Shown one piece after another: positions 42,501-53,806 of a DNA stretch of 64,000 nt; position 1 is the first letter of the stretch; the number at the start of each line of letters is the position of its first letter. The notes below the pieces were generated by a model. The model ran no database searches, had not been told where the DNA came from, and saw only the letters and a list, made by a program, of their open reading frames with translations. The stretch covers positions 62,001 through 126,000 of the forward strand of contig OZ218956.1 in NCBI GenBank assembly GCA_965112735.1, in the 5' to 3' direction. The stretch comes from Phaeosaccion multiseriatum (Eukaryota; Protista; Ochrophyta, other classes). The position numbers and the translations under genes were made by a program.

Positions 42501-45500
42501 GGGGACCCCGGGGGGCGAGGAGGAGGCATCCCCAGGGGGGGACGGCAAGGGCGCCGTGCTGGACGTGCGAGCGTTGGGCGGGGCCCTCTGCAGCAAGCTC
42601 GTGAGCATGCGAAGGGACGGACGAGCGGACAAAGGGGTGGACAAGGGTGGGCTGCTAGGCTGTCTGCACGTGCTAAGGGACCTCATCCGTCTGGCGCCTG
42701 GGGGGGTCGAGGCGGTGCTGGGCGGGTCCGAGCTGGGCAACGACCCTGTTACCATCTTGCTGGAAGACTTTTTGCTCACCAGACAGACGCTGCTGGGCGT
42801 GGATGGGGCGGAGCAGGAAGAGGAGGCGGAGGCGGAGCAGTTGGTGGTGCAGGGCGGGGATGGCAGTGGACGGGGCGGCAAGGCCAAGGCCATACTGTAT
42901 CCCATCTGCAGGGGATCTCTGGCGCGTCGGGCGGCCTTCGACGTGCTCTGTGCCTGCGCAGGAAGGAGCCCGCCTCTGCTGAGGCAGGTGCACGGGGTCG
43001 TCAGTGCCTTCAAGGACCAGGTACGGTGCCAGGTGCAGTGGTGCGGCGGTTGGTCGTAACATGAAAAAAGTGACAACTGTGAAAGATACCACTGTCGTGA
43101 GCTCGGTCCGTCCGTCTGTGCCTTGCTTGCTTTGTTTGCTTTCTGGCTTTCGCTCGCTTGCCTGATTCCCTCCTACTGATCGTTCCTGTTCCTGACCATT
43201 TTAATTTCAACGTGAATTTGGCATCTGTCTCGTGTTAGGTGGTTCCCGGGCTGCGGCACCGCTGGGGCTGTGAGTGCTCCTTCGACGCCAAGTCACAGAT
43301 GGCCTTCGTGGGGCTGAAGAACCAAGGCTGCACCTGTTACATGAACAGCCTGCTGCAGCAACTCTTCATGGTGCCTCAGCTGAGGAGCGCCATACTCGGG
43401 GCCAAGCTGCGTCGCACGAGCAGAGCGCTCATGCTGCCGCCGGCTCTGCGCCAGGCCAGGCTCATCGGCCGCCGCCTGGAGATCAAGCACAAGGATGGCA
43501 GCCTATTGGACGCCACGGTGGTCAAGTACGACGAGGACAGCGGCATGCACACCGTCAGGTGGGTGGGGTGGGGGACTGCCAGGTTGGATGGCTGGATGGC
43601 TGGACGGGTGGATGGAGGGAAGCATATGTTCTTTCTCTCCCTCTCGGCCTGTCCACTTGCTCCTCGACGGCCCAAGGGCCCCTTGCGACTGACTGGGAGC
43701 AACTCCCCTTTGAGTCTTTGCTATCCCCTCCCGACCATCCTCGCACATCTATCCAATCGTCTTTGTATCTGTTGCTCCACGACCACCCACCCACGCATCA
43801 TCAGGTACCATCCCAACACGGAAGCCACGTACAACCTCACAGACGGGCGGCCCGGCAAGGAGACAGGCCACTTCAGCGTGCTGGACCACGAGGGGGAGGT
43901 CATCTTCACGTTCAAGGACGACGAGGAAGAGAAGGGCGCCGACAGCGACGGCGACAAGGACGGCAAGGACAACAGCGCCAAGAAGGAGGAAGACGAGGCC
44001 ACGCGGCTGCTGCTGGAGCAGGTGCAGCGCACTTTCGCCTACCTTCGGGACAGTGAGAAGCGCTTCTTCGACCCTCGCTCTCTGGTGGAGGCATGCCGCT
44101 GCCTCAACCTTCAGTACCTTGTCTATCAGCAAAACGACGCCTCGGAGTTCTGCGACCAGCTGCTGGACAAGCTCGAGCTAGGCCTCAAGGGCAAGCCGCA
44201 GGAGCGCGACCTGAAGCGGGCCTTTGGCGGAGGTCTGGTGTACCAGAAGATCCCCAGGGGCTGCAACCATCGCACAAGCAGGCAGGATCCCTTCATCAAT
44301 CTCGAGCTCATTATTAGGGGCAAGGAGAGCATTCAGGAGAGCCTCGGCGCCCTGACGGAAGGCGAACTGATGGACGGGGACAACAAGGTGGAGTGCGAGG
44401 ACTGCGGAGTCAAGAAGGACACCATTCGCCGCACGTGCTTGGGTCGCCTCCCGAACCTTCTCATCCTTCACTTGAAGCGCTTCGATCTGGACTACACCAC
44501 CTTCGAGACGGTCAAGCTCAACGACCGCTGCGCCTTCCCCATGCGCCTCAACCTCAAGCCCTACACGCAGCGCGGCATCGAGGAGAGGGAGGCGTTGGAG
44601 GAGGCCCTAAAGGCTGCCAAGGAGAGGGCAGGGGGGGGCGACCTCACCCTCGCAGAGAAGGAGAGCCTAGAGGACAAGGGCGGGCAGAGAAGCGTATCGG
44701 GGGGGGGGAGAGGAGGCGGTAAGGGCAAGGAGGGGGCGGGTGCAGCTGGCGACGACGATGATGATGTGGAGTACGAGTACGAGCTGCAGGGCATCCTTGT
44801 ACACTCGGGTGTGGCGCAAGGTGGACACTATTACAGCTTCATCAGGGAGAGGAGCGCCATGGGGAAGGGCGGCACAGAGGGGTGGAAGGGGGGTGCTGAT
44901 GCAGCGGTTGGTGGTACAGCGGCAGGGGCAGCGGCAGGGGCAGCGCAAGATCAGGGGGAGACTGAGGAGGGCAGCAAGGAGGGGGACCGGGACAGGTGGT
45001 TCCGTTTCGACGACGATGACGTGACGCCCTTTGACCCATCGCACATCGAGTCGTGCTGCTTTGGCGGCACCTACAGCACCACCAACACGTGGCAGGGCGT
45101 CACCAACACGGTGGAGCAGGAGCGCATGGCCAACGCGCTGCTGCTCTTTTATGAGAAGGTCACGCCGGCCAAGCTGGAGGGGGAGGAGGAGGAGGAGGAG
45201 GCTAAGGAGGAGGAGGGAGGTGGCAGTGGCGGAGGGAAGGGTGAGCCTGTGCCTCAGCAGCAGCAGCAGTTGGTGGTACCGAAGCAGGAGGTGGTGCTAA
45301 AGCAGGAGGCGGCAGGGGAGGAAGGGGAGGAGGAGGAGTATCCGATGACAAGTGGAGAGGAGTGCTTCGCGCCGGAGGTGTGGCGGGCCAACGTGCGTTT
45401 CATTCAGCACTGCGCCGTGTTCGACACTGAGCTGCACCGCTTCGTGTTCGAGCTCGTCAAAATGGCAGTGGATGGCGACAGCGAGGCGCGCACAGAGGTG

Positions 45501-47258
45501 CTGCAGCTCGGCGTGGCTCTGCTCCTTGACGTCATCCTGCACAGCAGAGAGAGGTGAGTGGGGCGTGGGTGCGTGGGTGCGTGTGGGGTGTGCGTGTGAG
45601 GGGTGTCCGGGGGCATGCCTCTGCCTCTGATTTTCGGATTGTGCGGATACAAGGAGCCTCCCCTCCTTTCTTTTCCTTCCTTCCCTCCCTTCCTTCCTCC
45701 CTCCATCGCTCACTCCCTCCCTCCTTCCCTCCCTTCCTTCCTCCCTCCATCGCTCACTCCCTCCCTCCCTCCCTCCCTCCCTCCCTCCCTCCCTCCCTCC
45801 CTCCCTCCCTTCCTTCCTTCCTCCCTCCATCGCTCACTCCCTCCCTCCTTCCCTCACTTCCTTCCTCCCTCCATCGCTCACTCCCTCCCTCCTTCCCTCC
45901 CTTCCTTCCTCCCTCCATCGCTCACTCCCTCCCTCCCTCCCTCCCTCCCTCCCTCCCTCCCACCTTTTTCTTTTTCTTTTTCTCTCGCTCCCTGCCCTTC
46001 CCTTCCTCTCTTCCCCCTCTCCCCCTTTCCCCCTTTCCCCCAGGGTGGGCGTGAAGGCATGGCATGACGTGCTGGGGCCTGCTCTGGGGAGCGATGTCGA
46101 GGCCTGCCGCCTGCTCGTCGACTCCATGAACCATCCCGCTGTGGGCACCCCGGGCTGGCTGCGGCTGTATATGCTCGAGTGCCCCGCCTCGGAGCAGGTG
46201 GCCAAGAAGGCCGCGGTCACCGTCTTCACCGCCATCATTAGGAGCCTGGCCAAGGTGAGCACTAGGCGAGCACTGCACTAAGCACTAAGCACGCATGTGT
46301 CCTGGTGTCATCACTGTGTGTGCTCCCTCTCAGGCTCAGGCTCTGTTTCAGGCTGTGTTTCAGGCTCTGTTTCAGGCTGTGTTTCAGGCTCTGTTTCAGG
46401 CTGTGTTTCAGGCTCTGTTTCAGGCTCTGTTTCAGGCTGTGTTTCAGGCTGCGTTTCAGGCTCTGTTTCAGGCTCTGTTTCAGGCTGTGTTTCAGGCTCT
46501 GTTTGAGGCTGTGTTTCAGGCTCAGGACGTGTGGTCGGGATGTCGGTTGGGGCATTGGCTGTGCGCTTCCTTCGGCGCTCTACCCATCATTCCCTCTGCT
46601 CTACTCTTATCTGCCCATACGCCTCTGCTCAATCCATGTGCCTCTCCCTTGCGCGCGAGCCTCGAGGGCAGCGGAGATGATCCTCACGCGACTTGCGACC
46701 CCCAACCCTCACGTATCCTCCCTACTACCCTCCCTACTACCCTCCCTACTACCCTCCCTACTACCCTCCGTTCCTTGCCTTACTCCCTCGGCTGCTCTCC
46801 TCCCTCCCAAGGACCCGGAGGAGGCGGCGGCGCTGGCGAGGAGCAACGGAGCGGGAGAGCCCACCTTGGGCAGCAGCTCGCCCCCCTCGGGCAGCAGCGG
46901 CGGCGGCAGCAGTAGCAGCAGTAGCGGCAGTAGCAGGAGTAGCAGCAGCCGCGTGTGCCTCTGGCTGGACGCGGTGACAGCCCTCCTCGCAGAGGTGCCC
47001 CAGTACTGGCGGCAGGCAGAGGAGCTGTTCCTGCTCATCAGAGAGCTTGCGGCCTGCGACGCCAACGTGTGCCTGTACCTCGTGCGCGGAGACATGGTGG
47101 CAAGGCTCGCCAACTTCGTGCTGCGCGACAAGGCTAGTGACGAGCTCAGGCAGGCCTTCCCCCCCGTGGCGGCTCTGGGCATGCTGCAGCACGCCCCTGA
47201 GTACATGTACGTGCTCGAGGCCATCGCCATGCTGCTCGGGGCAAGCCAAGTCAAGAAG

Positions 47259-47300
<42 letters not shown>

Positions 47301-50300
47301 CCTTCCCTCCCCCCCCTCCCCCCGCCGTGGGGCTTGTGCTGCAGTGCTGCCGTCTGTGAGTAGTGTGTATTCCCACCGAGCGAGCCTGCTAACGCACACT
47401 GCGATGGCCATGCCCTGCCGATCAACGGCTCTGCAGGTGGAGCTGCTCGAGGAGCCCTCTGCCTCCACCCCCACCGGGGCGTTACACCATGTGCACCATC
47501 CACAGTCCGAGCTCACTCCCGAGGCACGGGCCGCCTTCAGCGCCATCTTCAGGCTGTACGCGCCGCCGGGGGGGGGCATGGTCAGTGCTGATATCGTCAA
47601 GTACATGGACTTCTGCGGCCTGCAGTCTCAAGTGTCTTCGGCGTCGCTCAAGATGTTGCTCCAAAAGTACGACACGCTGCCCGACGGGGGGGGACTCAGC
47701 CTCGAGGGCTTCCTCAGCTACTACCGTGACACCGCCACGACAAGTCCCCGACAGGCCTGGGCAGCTCTCTACGCACACGGCTTCAGCAGCGACCTCACGC
47801 AGAGGGACGAGGACTATGAGGGTGACGTGTACGGGCCCTCTTCGGCCAGCGGGAGCGGGAGTGGCGCCATCCGGCTCGGCAGGGGGGATGAGGGCGGAGT
47901 TGGGGGGTCGGAGGCCCAATCCGTGGCGGTGGCGAGCGTGTTGCCGGAGCTGAGCCTGCGTGCGGTGAACACGTCTCTGTTCTACGACCTGGCCTGGGAC
48001 ATGCAGGAGCACACAGCGGCGAGCGTGCTGGCGAGCGTGTGCACTAATGCGCTGCAGCCGTCCCTCACCCTCATCAAGGAGATACTCCGGGATGTGGCCA
48101 CAGCGCAGCCCGGCTGGGCAGGACAAGTGAGTGGTGGTGCTTCTTGCTTTGCTTCTTTCGCGTCTTGCTTGGGGCTGGGCTGGGCTCATTGTCGCACGTG
48201 TGTGTCGGAGGGAGGGGGTGGTTTCTGGCTCTGGATGGGTGGGCGCCATGGGGGAGGGGAGGAGCTCCAGTAAAGCAAAAGACGCCCCACCCACTCACGT
48301 ACACACCCTCTGTGTTCTATTGCTACTGCCGTGTCTCCAACTGCCTCACTACAGACGACCCTGGAGGTGGCTCTGACGCTGCTCAAGGTGGTGCTGAACA
48401 TCGACGATTGCTTCCAACAGCAGCGCCTGCAGGCCACCTTCGACGGCCAGTGCGGACTGCTCAACGTTGTAGCGGAGCGTGTGAGCGGCGGTCAGCAGCA
48501 ACACGCGCAGCACCAGTTCAACAACGACTACCAGGCAAGTGACTCGACGCTCTCTTCCTTCACTCTTTTGTCACCTTCCCCCCTTGATTGCTTTGCAGTG
48601 CCGTTCTTACCCGGCCCTCCCCTCCTCTTCCTACCGCCTACTACCGCCTCCTACCGCCTCCTCACTGCGCAGTCCCACGGAGCGTCAGGGCGGTACCAGG
48701 CCCTCGTGCTCGAGCTGTGCAAGTCCAGCGCAGCGGTGACGGGCTACGTGGACTCCGTCAAGAAGAGGTGGAGCTGGATGCGCCACTGGGGGGAGGGGAG
48801 GAGCGGCGGACACCACACGCCTCATGGCGGCTCACACGGGGGCGGAAACCTCAGGCACGGCATGCACCACGGGGGAGCGATGGCACCCCACGGCGGGGTT
48901 GGAGGCCCGTCTGGTCCGATGGGCTCCACCAATGGGAGCGACGCAGGGGAGGAGGGGCTCGATAGCGACTTGGAGGCCGCGCCCAGCAAGGTCACGGTGG
49001 GATCAGCAGGGCTCGGGTGGGTCAACGGAGACTACCACAAGAGGGGCATGTGAGTATGTGACTGAGTGAGGGAGGCCGGGGTCCGACAGGAGGTGCGGGG
49101 GCAGGCATGGGAGTATGTGACTGAGTGAGGGAGGCTGGGGTCCGACAGGAGGGGCAAGTGAGTGGGAAGTCACTCACTCCGAGTGAGTCGAGCGGAGTCG
49201 CGTGGCACGGGCTTTTTTGCTGTGGTGTTGCGGCGCTGTACACCGACCTAACCCTACCCACGTCGGGCTATGCATGGCATGCGGATGATGCGGGCCTGTG
49301 GAGGGTTGATTGATTCGCTCCTCTGCACGAAGCCCCTCCCGCCCCTCCCACCCCTCCCACCCCTCCCACCCCTCCAACCCCTCCCACCCCTCCCGGCTGC
49401 TTCTCACGCCCCCAACCTCCCGTCACTCCTTGCTCATGTAACGTCCCCCAAATGACATCAAATGCCATCCCTCTCAGATCCGACGGGACGTCCCGTTACG
49501 TGAACTTGGCCCAGGGCCATCAGAAGGATGGGAAGGTGCTGACACTGTACCGCTGCCAGATGCAGGACGAGACCAGGCGTTGGTTCATCGGACACGTACC
49601 GGCCCACCCGGGCTCGCCCGGCTCCAAGGAGGTCAGTCAAGAAGAAGCCCCATCCATCCATCCATCCATCCATTGCCATCCATCCATCATCCATCATCCA
49701 TCCATCCATCCATCCATCCATCCATCTATTGCCATCCATCCATCCATCCATCCATTGCCATCTATCCATCCATCCATTGCCATCCATCCATCCATCCATT
49801 GCCATCCATCCATCCATCCATCATCCATCATCCATCCATCCATCCATCCATCCATCCATCCATCCATCCATTGCCATCCATCCATCCATCCATGCATCCA
49901 TCTATTGCCATCCATCCATCCATCAATCTACTTGGTAGTACAAGAGGATAGGATTACATTAGTCCTAAATCTCTCTCTCCTCGGCCGGCTGCTTGGACCG
50001 GCCTATTGCTGCTATTACTGCTGCTTCTTCTGCTGCTGCCCCTTCAGGACGTGGACTACTACTCTGCCCTCAGCAAGGTGCCCGGCGGGAGGGGAAACAG
50101 CAGCCTTGGCAGCACGGGCCACCGCGCGCCCTTCGCGCCCCCGAGGGGGGAGGAGCTGCCCCCCGCCTCCGAGTGGCAAACTCTCCATGATGATTACGGA
50201 CCGCCCCCTCGGGTAAGTCGCAGGCATGCGTCGTGTGTCTGTGTGTCTGTGTACGCGGGGCCCTGTCCCGTGCAGACGCCGAGAGAGGGACTGATACACT

Positions 50301-51338
50301 GCCATACACTGCTGCCATACACTGCCATAGAGTGCCATAGACTGCCTGCTCGTTTGGCCGCGTTTTGCGCTCACGCACCCTTTTCACCCCACTCACCCCA
50401 TTGCATGGCATTGCATGGCATGGCATGGCATTGCCCGCACAGATCTTCCGAGCGTCTTCGGACACCGGGGAGGACGATGACGACGAGGATGACGACAGTG
50501 ACGACGGGGGAGGGGGGGGCAGCTACCCGCAGCAGCAGCGGCAGCACTTGGCCCCTCAGCAGGGGCAGGGGCAAGGCGTGTCGGAGCGGGACATCTCCGG
50601 CCTGCCTCCCGTACACCCCCATCCAGGTGCGTTTGGTGTGCACGTGGGCCCTGCCTGCCTGCCCTGCCCTGCCCTCCGCTTTGACCAAACACAGGGCACA
50701 CTACAAAATTGAAAGTGCCAAAAGAATGTGCATACACATACACATACACGTGCATGCACTCACACAGAGCCCATCCATGCCTCTCGCCCGCCCCCGCCCG
50801 CCCCTTCCCTTTGCAGGCCTGGAGGAGAGCCTGGACGCCGACGACGACGCGCTGGATGACCGACTCGATGACCAAGGGGCGGCATCCGACGACGGCGTGC
50901 ACGGGGACGCAGGCTCGGACGGAGCTTCGGACGGGGGCTCCGACGGCGACGGAGACGGCCGGGCACCTGTTTCGCCCCCTGCTACGCTGAGCCCGCTCAA
51001 CCCGGTCCTCCCCGCACCGCCCCACCGGGGGCCGTCTTCGACCGTAGCCCCTCCTCGACCAGGTGAGAGGCAGTCACGTACAGTATTATGGGTAGAGCAG
51101 CCAGCCACAAAGTGCTGCTCAGAGGTGTGGGCGGGGCTTGGGGTTGGTGTCGCATTCGCACAGGCCGCCCTGGGGGGACAAGCGCCAATCTCACCCCTCG
51201 CCCTCTCCTTGCTGGCCTTACTTGGGCTCCTTACTGGCCTTCCTTGGGTCCCGTACTGAGCAACTTATGTACCCATGTCCCCTCTGCGCAGGCCGGAGCC
51301 GCAGGAGAGGAAGCGGCGCTGAAGACCCCGCGTTTTGA
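32204..51338 (+). CDS. Very large ubiquitin-specific protease (peptidase C19, USP9/24/34-like), about 29 exons
   Basis: Cys box [19 protein letters not shown] (about 43310), [20 protein letters not shown], His box [41 protein letters not shown]. Also an N-terminal helical region ([21 protein letters not shown]), a ubiquitin-like segment ([26 protein letters not shown]) and an EF-hand-like pair (about 47510-47730). The last exon ([15 protein letters not shown]) is inferred. Confidence 0.92.
35172..35775. repeat. Compound intronic satellite (TGAC)n/(TGCC)/(TG)
   Basis: Fills almost the whole of intron 35152-35789 of the USP gene. Confidence 0.95.
45680..45961. repeat. Intronic (CCCT)n/(CCTT)n pyrimidine tract with periodic CATCGCTCACT inserts
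   Basis: Directly visible. Confidence 0.9.
46330..46522. repeat. Intronic 12-bp minisatellite (TCAGGCT[C/G]TGTT), about 15 copies
   Basis: Directly visible. Confidence 0.92.
49650..49924. repeat. Intronic (CATC)n microsatellite with periodic ATTGC inserts
   Basis: Directly visible. Confidence 0.92.
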
Positions 51339-52096
51339 TTGCAGAAGAAGCGTTACATTTTATACGGGTCACGCCACAGCTCATGAGAGTCATATGGGTC
51401 ACGCCACAGCTCATCGAAGGCCTTCGCTGGCGGCCCTGGACATACGTACTACGCGCTCTTCGGAGGAAGAGCACTGGGAGTGGAGGGGAGGTGGAGGGGA
51501 GGTAGAGGGGAGGTAGAGCTGGCGTCTGTATGGACCAAGTCGGGGCTCGAGTGGAGTGAGTGGAGTGAGTGGAGGCACTTCCTCGCCCATGGGGGGCACG
51601 GGGGGAGAGTTTGGCGGCAGGCAGTGTAGTGCAGTGCAGTGCAGTGCAGTGCAGTGCCAAAGTATGCGATGCAGGGGGTGTAGGGGTGGGGTGGCTCCCT
51701 CGCCGCCCTTCATCTTGGCCGCAGGGAGGAAACCGGGCACGATGCTGGCACGGACGCTCTCACGACGCACGCGCCCACGCTCGCGTCAGTGGGGTGGTGA
51801 ATGGGTGTGTCTTTGGAGAGGGTCCCATACAGCGGAGGGTGAGGGAGAGGGAGAGGGGCAGGGCATGTGGATACGGTACGATGTAAAGGGAGGAGGGACG
51901 GGAGGACTGGCTTTGTTGCTGCTCTGCCTCAGCCCCGATCAATCATGTAAAGGAAAGGAAGGGAAGGAAGGGCTTTTGTACTCGGCGGCAAGTCCGGCCC
52001 CGTGTTTTGAGGCGGAGCGTTTTATCTTCAACGCCCAGCAGCTAGACAGACAGGCAGACATATCATAAAAATTAATTTAGCTGTCGTCAGCATATG

Positions 52097-52178
52097 AAGC
52101 GTTCGGCCCCTGACATGGTTGGTTCTGAGGCACCCTGGGCTGGCCTTTCTCAGAACCATGTCAGGGGCCGAAAGCGTT
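52097..52178. other. Intergenic inverted repeat (hairpin) with a 24-bp stem
   Basis: 52102-52129 TTCGGCCCCTGACATGGTT(GGTT)CTGAG pairs with 52149-52172 CTCAGAACCATGTCAGGGGCCGAA; 4-nt bulge, 19-nt loop. Confidence 0.85.
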
Positions 52179-52405
52179 GGGGTTTTGTCGAGTGTTTTGC
52201 CGCGCTGTGTGCACCCCACAGGGCCGCAGGAGGAAGGAAGGGGCTTGCGCCTCAACAGACGCCTCAGACAGCGGTGCCCTCTTGAACTAAAGTTACGATA
52301 CACACGCCAACTGGAGAATGATGGGCTGTAGGACCAGTTATCGGGCTAGAAATACAGCAGCGCACGGAGGGTGGCGAAGCGAGGGCAGCGCACCCCCTCC
52401 TTGGG

Positions 52406-52594
52406 CTGAGGAAGCTGCCTGCCCGCCTGAGGAAGCTGCCTGCCCGCCTGAGGAAGCTGCCTGCCCGCCTGAGGAAGCTGCCTGCCCGCCTGAGGAAGCT
52501 GCCTGTCCGCCTGAGGAAGCTGCCTGTCCGCCTGAGGAAGCTGCCTGCCAGCCTGAGGAAGCTGCCTGCCCGCCTGAGGAAGCTGCCTGCCCGC
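52406..52594. repeat. 21-bp minisatellite (CTGAGGAAGCTGCCTGCCCGC) x9
   Basis: Nine nearly identical tandem copies between the convergent USP and acylphosphatase genes. Confidence 0.95.
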
Positions 52595-53006
52595 CTGCCT
52601 TTCGGCCAAGTAGGGAAGAGCGCCTTGCTTCTTTCCAGCCGCGCTCCCATCCTCAGTGCAGTGTGTGTGTACTGCTATGTCTGGGGGCGTTGGCACCTCC
52701 GCCCTTCTCGGCTCGGTGCCTCGCGTTCCGCTTTTCATCGGTGCAACAACAAGTATGTTTCGGCGATCCTTCACTGCAAAGGGTAGCCTGCACTCTGACA
52801 CTGCTTGTGACCCGTCTTTGCGCTCCCCCTTGAGGCAGGAAGAGCAAGTCCGTTCCCGACGGGAGTATCTCAGACATCCACGGAGGGGTAAGCAAAGCTG
52901 GTGTGTCCAACTACGCTAATTCTTGGCGAAAACAACATTGCTGACCGGCCAAGCCCTGTCCATAGCTGTACGTCCTTCGCACTGGGTCCTCGCTCAGTGC
53001 CGCTCC

Positions 53007-53333
53007 TTAGGAGCGTTGCTTCGTCCTTGCTACCTTCCTGATCTCGAAAGAAGGGCTCTGCTGCGGCTCTACCTCTCTTTCATTGGCAAACTCAGCCTTT
53101 GTGATGGTGCTCTGAGGAGAGCCCGTGGTGGTGAGCCACTCCCGGAGAGTATCCATCGCCTCTCGCGGTCCGCGAGCCTCACCTACCACCGTCCCCGAGG
53201 CGGTGTTCATTACCCAACCGGAAATGTTGAGCTCAGTGGCCTTGCTCTGCGTGCACTTCCTGAAGAAGACGCGCTGCACTTTCCCGCTGATGACAAAGTC
53301 CCATGCAACATCTCGTGCTGCGGATGCTGACAT
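53007..53333 (-). CDS. ACYP: Acylphosphatase
   Basis: DFVISGKVQRVFFRK, GWVMNTASGTVVGEARG, WLTTTGSPQS, SFEIRK; 108 aa; the catalytic Arg and Asn are retained. Confidence 0.93.
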   Translation of the reverse strand: MSASAARDVAWDFVISGKVQRVFFRKCTQSKATELNISGWVMNTASGTVVGEARGPREAMDTLREWLTTTGSPQSTITKAEFANEREVEPQQSPSFEIRKVARTKQRS

Positions 53334-53806
53334 TTTGACCGCGCAAGAAGCCGCCTAAGCGACAAGGAGGGAGGGGGGCGATTAGAAGAAGGTGGAGAGA
53401 TTTGGAGAGAGTTATACCAGGTGGTCACTCCCTTGTACTCCTCTGGACTCTCCTCTCCAAGTTCACAGGTAAGGTTTCCCTGTCCCTCTCTGGCCCTCAA
53501 GACGCTGGCTTCCAACATTCTGTTGCGTTTCTGCACCCCACCCCTCTCCCTCCTCCTCTCCTCTTTCCTCTCTCCTTCGATCCCACCCCTCTAACCTCAC
53601 CACGCCTTCCTTCCCTCCTCTCCCTCCGTTGCACAAGCTTTCTTACTCACCCGATCTTGTAGCTTTCTCACTCTCTAAAAAAAGGGAAAGGAAAGGGGAA
53701 AAGGTGGGCGCCAACTGTGATTCTGCGGAGGACCAACACGCGAATTAACACGACCCCGATCCCAAACAATGAGGAACAAAGAGATAAATAGATAAATAAG
53801 AGAGTG

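Noticed and set aside
46295-46555. FRLC/FQAV repeat ORFs
   Set aside because: Intronic 12-bp minisatellite.
52090-52180. SECIS element
   Set aside because: Lacks the AUGA-N11-12-AA..GA geometry, and neither flanking gene has an in-frame TGA.
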